A model generated the notes under the pieces. That model was not told where the DNA came from, did not search any database, and saw only the letters and a list, made by a program, of their open reading frames with translations. Both the position numbers and the translations under genes were made by a program. A stretch of DNA of 43,977 nt from Cercozoa sp. M6MM (Eukaryota; Protista; Endomyxa: Ascetosporea), in the NCBI GenBank assembly GCA_040357565.1, contig JBDODJ010000088.1. One strand, 5' to 3'. Shown in pieces: positions 36,917 to 43,977 of this stretch (within the stretch, counting starts at the first letter, position 1; each line of letters begins with the position of its first letter).

Positions 36917-38226
36917 TATATGAAAAACAGGCGTCGGACGAAGAGCCGTCGACGACAGTGACGATTGTGCTGTTGAGTGTGCCCATGTGTCTCATCTACT
37001 GGGCCTTCACCTACGTTATCATCCAGTGGGCAGGTGCTTGTCCCTCTTTGGCCTACAGTTCTTTTAGTCGGTCATACTTGTGTGGATGTAAATTTACTGT
37101 AGGCATTATTCACTTTGCCATGAGCAACCCCGGCGACCCGAGTGCCAAGTTGCGTCGCGTATTTGTGCCAGTCAATCTCGCACTCGCGTAGCGTCTTTTC
37201 CACCCTTCAAAACCCGTACTGTACAGTTTTGCATGCCTACTCAGAGTGGTGCTGGTTGTCTCCATGGCGATTGCCGGCACTGGCAATGACACTGCTGCAG
37301 GTGCAGCAGCATACACTCTTAGATATCTTTATCTCTGGATAAGAGTGCACGTAGACATTGGCTCGGTCATCGTGGCCTCCGTGTCGCTGTTCACTGCGCT
37401 CGGCTTTGTCATGTACCTTCCGTTCGATATATTCGCATATCATAGAACTTGTTTGGTGCGCAGATATGGCTCACTCTTGCTGCGTCAGATGTCACGTTCG
37501 CAGCAGATGAGCAAGTCCAGGTACTGCACCCACATGTACACTTGCTACATTATATACGCCTGTCTTGATGGAGTCACAGTGCGGAACGGCAGCGCACTAT
37601 GCGAGAGGCAGCGCGAAGACTGTACCCCTGTTAGTACAGCTAGGTGGCTCACCCACACATGGTCGTACTTGTGATATAGGTTCGCGGTGACACTGCTAAC
37701 GTCTTTGGCTTTCATCGTGCAGAGCACGGTTGTTCTGGTGTGTTAAGCCTCTTTTGTATGTACCGGGATATGAATCACCCCGAGAACTAAAGTTAACACT
37801 CGTCTGAGCAGTGGAGTGTGGCCGACAGAGACGCATTCGCCAGTCACAGCAACGCCTTCCAGTCAGTCTATTGGTCGGCCGAGGCAGTCACTCTGCTGCT
37901 ACTCCTGTTCTTGTACCTATCGCTCGTGCGTCGTTCAATCGAGGAGAAAAGGTACTGTGCAGTTTTGTATCATCAAACGGCGGGTCGATACTGACCTTTT
38001 TTGCAGAATGCGTAACGGAACGTCGTATGACAATAGCAAGAGCACCGACATTAACGGTCGGACCACGCGTGGTGTTCAAGCCACCACTCGGATTGACGTT
38101 ACAGCAGGCGCCCCTGATACACCCCGCAGCATCTCGAACTCAAAAAGCGAGGCGGGATTGCTCGCGCCCTCAGGGTGCCAACTTGAAAGTGACGTCGAAC
38201 TTGAAATGTTCCGGCTCCAAAATTGA
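28580..38226 (+). CDS. Large adhesion-GPCR/polycystin-like receptor: signal peptide, beta-rich REJ-like ectodomain, GPS (GAIN) motif, 7TM
   Basis: Signal peptide MPLFVLSLLLLLLTAAQA; REJ-like YSFDPNG...LSFAIESC and ILMVPSGTF; GPS CRWFDAETH|TWSQDGC...CRCTHL|TTFAM; seven hydrophobic helices from about 36440 to 37930; stop TGA 38224-38226. Confidence 0.85.
32126..32286. repeat. (TA)n/(TG)n-rich intronic microsatellite cluster
   Basis: Read directly. Similar tracts occur near 570, 9950, 11900, 32700, 34790 and 36890. Confidence 0.9.
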
Positions 38227-38600
38227 CGACGCGAGCTCGAGGAGTTCAGCTCCATTCGACACGATCGCACTTCGCTCGACTAATTAGTGTGACTATAGTT
38301 TTTTAGTTTGTTTGGATGAACACGCTCCACGTGCAACACGATTTTTCCTGTTTCCCATAAGCGAAGCAACGATCAGTTTACGTCGCTGCGCTCTGTTCAG
38401 ATTTCAACGAACTGTCGGAGTTTCGCCTTTCGGAGTGGTGTTTCTCTTAGTCTTCAACTTCGTTCCTTTGCCAACACCCCTGAGCATTCCAGCTACCGTG
38501 ACACGGTCCTTCGCAGTTGCAGACGGAAGGAGCCGCACTTTCATCGATTCCACTTTCACTTCAACTCAAGTCTTCTTAAAGATTCAAGATCACATCCACA

Positions 38601-39186
38601 ATGATTCGACTGTGCTTCCTCTTGCTTCTTGGCACGCAAATGTCGGCAGCTTCTGCCTTTTGGTGGCCATGGAGCAACGACTCAGTCGCCGAAACTGAAG
38701 CAAAGCCAGAACCCGGTTTGGTGACAAACGTGATAAAACGTGGCCTGACTCCAGTTGAACTTTTACGCCAACAGATACAACGACAGCGCGAAGCTACCGC
38801 AGTTGAGGCTTCCGTGACAAACGAGTCGAACGAAGAAGAAACTCAAGTCGCCGAACCCACCGACATCCAAGAGACAAAGCAGAAAAAGCTCGACGTGGAA
38901 ACTCTCTCAGTCTCGCAGCAAGCCTCAAAGTCGCAAACAAAAACGCGAACCAAGTCGCGCAAAGCCCAGAGTGCCACCAAGGTACGACACAACCAGAAGA
39001 TCGTGGCAGCGAAGCGTCGGCGAAACACATCCAACCGCGCTCTTGCTGACGCTGTAAACTAAACTCGACTGTTGTTTCACCTTTTTTGCTTCCGAAACAG
39101 AAGTTCCTTGTGAACAGCGTCGCCGGTCTTCACGAATGAACCGAAAACAGCGTCCAATCTCGGCCCGAAAGCTGCGCAGTCACTGA
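38601..39186 (+). CDS. Hypothetical secreted protein (signal peptide, acidic middle, basic tail)
   Basis: MIRLCFLLLLGTQMSAASA-FWWPW start and one long first exon. A probable intron ends at 39117, giving RRRSSRMNRKQRPISARKLRSH*; unspliced, the ORF stops at 39062. Confidence 0.6.
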
Positions 39187-39544
39187 ACTGAGTTTCTTAG
39201 TCGCTTCAAGTCCAGGTTAATTCGAATTACTTGTACTGTAGTACGGTACGTGCAAAAATTTGCGGCGCAGTAAAGTTACAAGATAAAGTCGAGTGCTGTA
39301 GAAACTGAGCATGTAACGTAAGAAGTTACTAAATTTATACGATAACTACTCGCCGATTTGGCCTCTAAGTTACTGTAATTGGTAGTGTTTAGTGCACATT
39401 ACACTTTTCACACGGCCAGCGCGGCCAAAACGGTGTACGATACTTCGGGGTACCCGCGCAGAGTCAGGCTGTACAAATAGTACCCACTCGACTGTACGGC
39501 TGTAATTAAGATAGTAGCGTAACAGATGCTGCTGGTCGACTCGA

Positions 39545-40837
39545 CTAACGAAGCAAGCGCGTCAGGCGTCGTTTTTTCGAGACAGGTTCGGGCGCAGCAG
39601 CGGGCAAGGCGAGCTCCTCAGCCTGGCGCAGACAGTGGTCGCCGTCGTTCGCACTCTCACTGTCAACCCGAGGACTGGTGCCGTCGGTGTGCGGTGGCAC
39701 AGAGAGGCCAGAGCGTCGTTGCAGGCGCGTCAGTCGGAGACACAGCTTGTGTCGCAGCGTGTGCACGAAGCGCGCCAAGTCCTGCGTCTCGTTCAGTCGG
39801 CGCAGCAGTTTCTGCAGCAACGCGAGCGGCAGCACTTCGCACACGTGCCCTTCTAGTTCCTGTAGGTACTCGACTTGACTTGTAAAATCACAATATTTCA
39901 GCATATCAGTATATCAATATAATATATATAGTAATATAGAATAAATATAGATAAATTTATACTGTAATATATACATATGATACATATCTTTACAGTATAC
40001 ATACATATAGATATAGAGATGGCTTAAGTACCCGCTGAGGACATTGATAGACACCGTCGAGTACTCGCAGGTCGCAGTGCACCTGTGCAAGCATGAAGAC
40101 ACTCAAAACAAAAACAAAAAAAAAAGAACCACAAGACAGACACAGACAGAAAGCGACCTGTCGCTCCGGCTGCTGCGGGTCCACGTAGCGGAAGGTCAGT
40201 CGCAGAGTTGCATTCGGTCCGGTGCCGATGCTGAAGCCCAGGAACTGTTCGTACAGCGCCAATCGCTCTTGCACCGACGTCGCCTGAGCGTCGGCTTCAT
40301 GGGCGAAACTTTCCAGTGTCTATAATATACTTCATGTATTGTTTGTGTATGTTTCAATTAAATACATAGACCACATGTCTGTCATTTATTACATGTAGCT
40401 CATATAATGTAAGCTCTTGTATTAAATACATAGACCACATGTCTGTCATGTAAGCTCTTGTATTAAATACATAAGTGCAAATACGTGTGAAAGTACCTCG
40501 TTCTTGCGCTGAACGGCTTCTCGACGTTTTCGCAGTTGCCTGTCAATTTTAGCGACTGCATCGGGTCTGTCAAAAACAAGAAGTCAAACGCAAGGATCCC
40601 AAGGAGGAAGAAACAACACAGTGTTTTGTCGACTTGCAGCGACAGTTGGTCGCACTGCTGTTGCAGTTCTTGTACCTGATGACACACGAGAAACTGTACA
40701 CCCAGACAGCAGAACAATGAAACGCGTTATTTCATAAGAGCACTTTTTTCTCAGTGTCACTCGCTTCCTTGTGCTGCTCGGCGATCTTTCTGCGTGTCCC
40801 AACAATCCAAAAACACAACGCACACACACAAAGGAAT

Positions 40838-40902
<65 letters not shown>

Positions 40903-41269
40903 GTCGCAAACTCTCAATTTGCGCCTGCGCTGCGTCAATCTCGTTTCGCAAGTTCTGCATTTTCGTTTTGTGTGCTCGATTTGCGAGTTCGGCCTCACTG
41001 CAGCACTCACGCGAAACAGTTAACAGCACACAAACTCAAAACCAACGCACAAATGGACCTTTTCTGAGTGGCCGTCCATGCCTCGAGCTGCTTTCTAAAT
41101 TCCCGAACCTACGGAACAAAATGGTTAAAGTTTAATCAAACAGGTACTGCAGAGACATAACAACAACGGACAGAAGAGAGAAAATGCAGCTCATTCCAAA
41201 ACAGACCTCATTGCCAATGTCGAAACCGATTTTAAGAAAGTCCTCCCGAACGGCACTTTCCTCTGCCAT
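39545..41269 (-). CDS. SPC25: Kinetochore NDC80 complex subunit SPC25
   Basis: N-terminal coiled coil, then LYEQFLGFSIGTGPNATLRLTFRYVDPQQPERQ and LLRRLNETQDLARFVHTLRHKL, the Spc25 RWD pattern. Confidence 0.8.
40357..40473. repeat. Intronic tandem duplication, about 41-bp unit
   Basis: ATTAAATACATAGACCACATGTCTGTCAT and ATGTAAGCTCTTGTATTAAATACATA each occur twice, in an SPC25 intron. Confidence 0.85.
40843..40898. repeat. (AG)n microsatellite
   Basis: Read directly; intronic in SPC25. Confidence 0.95.
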
Positions 41270-41497
41270 AGTTTCAAATCACTTGCCGATCAAGTGACTC
41301 AGAACACTAACGCAGGGTGTGCACAGGATTTTTGGGAATCACTCATTTTTGGGGGTTGAATTAAAACTCCCACTTGAAGCAGCTTGAGGTGGCATTTAGT
41401 GCAGCCGTGTGCACGTGATTTTAAAGTGCAGCTGCCAGTTTTTTGAGAGGGTTGGTGCCAATATTAGCTCGAGGACGCACGACGAGGAACAGGCAGC

Positions 41498-43977
41498 ATG
41501 GCGGACTTTGACTTTGCCAGTCTCTACCTGGGCGAGCAGCATGTGCGATTTTTGTGCCTACGGTTGCACACTGTCTTATTTGTTTACTATCCCTGGGTAG
41601 GAAGAGCAAGTGCAGCCGCAGGAAGTCGAAGAAGAGACGCAAAATGACGGGTCGACTGTCGACAGCGACGTCGTGTGCCTTCCGCGCGTACGCTTTGCCC
41701 TTGAGTGACTCGAAACCGTCACTACCTTTCTGTGTTGGAAAATTCAGGTGATTTTCTCACTCCGACCGACAAAACAACGCGTCAATTTCGAAGAAGAAAC
41801 AGGTTTGTCGTCTGATACTTCGTTTGACTGCTTTGTACTTTCCTGTGGTTCAGCTGTCTTTACCTTACTTTGCTTTTGTTTCTTGTTCGGGATTCACAGC
41901 AGTACCAGCACAACGACAGCAGCAGCAACGGAAGGCGCCAACGAAAGGCAAAAGCGCCGATCAAACTCTGCTTTCGGACGAGAATGCACAAAAACTCGCC
42001 TTCTTTCGCACCGGCGTGCTTCGACTCCGACAGCAGGTGCTTCTTGTGCTTTACCCGCTCCTTTAACCTCAGTTAGACTCGTTTATCTTGCTTTCGCCTT
42101 TTCTCCCCTTTAACCGTTTTGTCCCTTTAATTTCCCTTTTCCCTTGCAGCCACCGGCCGAGTTGTCGATCGCAACCGAGTTCTTCGACGGCGCCGAAGTC
42201 GCCGAATTTCGAGAAGAATTGCGAAAGCGACGTCACTGTGACGAAGAAATGCGAAAACGCAACGCTAAACCAAAGAATTTCGACGACTTGGACAATGATG
42301 GAGCAGTCGAAGATTCGACGCCTTGGAGCGAGAAATACCGGCCGACTTCCTACTTTGATCTGGTTAGTTTTGCTTCAGTTTGAGTTGTTCCACTCGGTCT
42401 GGCAGTGTTTTGAGCTGCTCAGGTTAGTGCTGAGAGTGCAAACCGGCGTGCGTTGAGTTTCGTTTCGCGTTTCTTGAAACGTCAAGACATCCGCGCGTCT
42501 GGCGACGAAAACGCGCTGTCAGTTGATTTTTTAAATTTCTTTCTGTTGTGTAATGACTGCGTTTTGAGCAGTGCGCTGATGCTGCATGGTGTGACTGCGA
42601 GTGGCAAGAGCACTCTGGCGCAGGTGCTGGCCAGGCATTTCAACTGCCAGTTGGTGACACTCAACGCCAGCGATCAACGCTCCGAGAAAGAGCTGGTAGT
42701 TTAGATTTTAAGTACTGTTTGTTTTGTTTGGTCCAAACTGAGCTGAGTTGTACTCTTCTAAACTCAACTGGACCTTCAATTGGATTGAACTGGTCGGATC
42801 TGGACTGAACTGGGCAGGCGAAGCGAGTTGGAACAGCATCGGAGCACGCGTCGTTCTTCAACAGCGAAAAAAGCGACGAAAACAGCGACAGGAACGAAGA
42901 ACGGCCGGTTTTTGTGCTGCTGGAGGAAATGGACGGCGCCGATATTCGCGCGCACCCGGCGTCACCCTTAATTAAAACCCTGAGGTCGAATTTCGGTACA
43001 AGTGTTTTGTACGAGTCCGTTTGTTCCGTACTTGTTTGTTTAAAGGTGCGAAACGACGGTGTGTCGTGTGCTGCGTCTGCGAGGACGCTTTCGCGCCGTC
43101 GCTGCGTTTTCTGCGGCGACAGTGCTTTCTGGTAGTTTAACCCCCCTACCTTTACCCCTTAATTATTTACTCCCTTAATCTTTTGCCCCCTTAACCATTT
43201 GCCCCTTTTCATTTTACCCCCTTAACCCTATACCCCTTAACTCTTTACCCCCTAAAGCCCCTTCTGTAGGTGCGACTGGCACGGCCAACGACGCGTCAAA
43301 TTTCGCGTCGCGTCGGCACGATTTTGTCGCGCGAATGGCCGCGACTCAAGTTCGACTTGGATGCACGTATTGCCGTTTTACCCCCCCCCCCACCCCACCC
43401 CACCCCACCCACTTACCCCCTCCTTATTAGTGGACTCGGTGGTGTCGGACGCGCGCAACGACATTCGCGCCGTGCTGAACCGTCTGCAGATCAGTGTGGC
43501 ACACGTACATACCGGTATTCGGATTGAGTGGTCACATGGAGTGGTCACACAGTGAGTGGTCACACACTGAGTGATCACATTGAGTGATCACATTGATTGA
43601 TACCTTGTCCGCGCGGACAGATGACGCTGCAGGCGAACTCCGACTGCTGCAGTCGCACACGGACGCAACACTGCCAAACAGCGCGCTGGACTTTGTGCGC
43701 ACTGTGCTGCGCAGCTCCCAGACGTCCGCGCGGATGCGACTCATTGATATGGCCGATCGGCAGCGTAGGGCGCCTTGACTACTCCCCTACCTCCATTGTA
43801 CTCGCTGTGTTTGAAGGTGCCTACGACAGCAACGACGTGCGCGAGTTATTGTGCGCCGCTTTTGTCGACTCAAGTGTTGTGCGACTGCACGAGGCTACGG
43901 TAGCTTTGCCCCCCCCCCGCCCACCTCCGACGGAGGCAGTGCCATACAGCGACTCGTGTTGTACTCCACTATCACAG
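41498..43977 (+). CDS. CTF18: CTF18 (RFC-like AAA+ clamp loader subunit), 3'-partial
   Basis: WSEKYRPTSYFDL|VSAESANR, LMLHGVTASGKSTLAQVLARH, TLNASDQRS, VLLEEMDGA, VVCCVCEDAFAPSLRFLR, NDIRAVLNRLQ. The window ends at an acceptor AG. Confidence 0.85.

Noticed and set aside
38224-38283. TGA readthrough or stop-codon reassignment
   Set aside because: Conserved Trp positions use TGG and no conserved gene needs an in-frame stop; in-frame stops occur only in the decayed region.

Overview
This is a gene-dense, very intron-rich eukaryotic (protist-like) genomic window; the taxon cannot be fixed from the sequence. Most ORFs in the supplied track are spurious or single exons. Manual GT-AG splicing gives, in order: the 3' end of an ABCC transporter (+), a divergent WBP4/FBP21-ZOP1-like U1-type zinc-finger protein (-), proteasome RPN9 (-), VPS8 (+), an internally deleted chromodomain-bearing Ty3/gypsy element (13778-17434, 4-bp TSD AGAA), a probable decayed gene, a coiled-coil PUB-domain gene (-), RPF1 (-), a GPATCH1/TGH-like gene (+), a diverged solo LTR, a large REJ-GPS-7TM adhesion-receptor-like gene (+), an orphan secreted protein (+), SPC25 (-) and the 5' part of CTF18 (+). 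Four observations stand out. (1) Splice donors almost never have the canonical +4 A (consensus GTRY). (2) The gypsy element has lost gag, the RT core and nearly all of its 5' LTR, but keeps an intact integrase between 9-bp inverted termini, so it looks like a Ginger-type DNA transposon. (3) A polycystin-like cleavable ectodomain is fused to a TOM1/GPR137-like 7TM domain. (4) Introns are built from private tandem repeats and strand-biased C-rich TACC motifs. Exon boundaries were derived by eye and lack transcript support.
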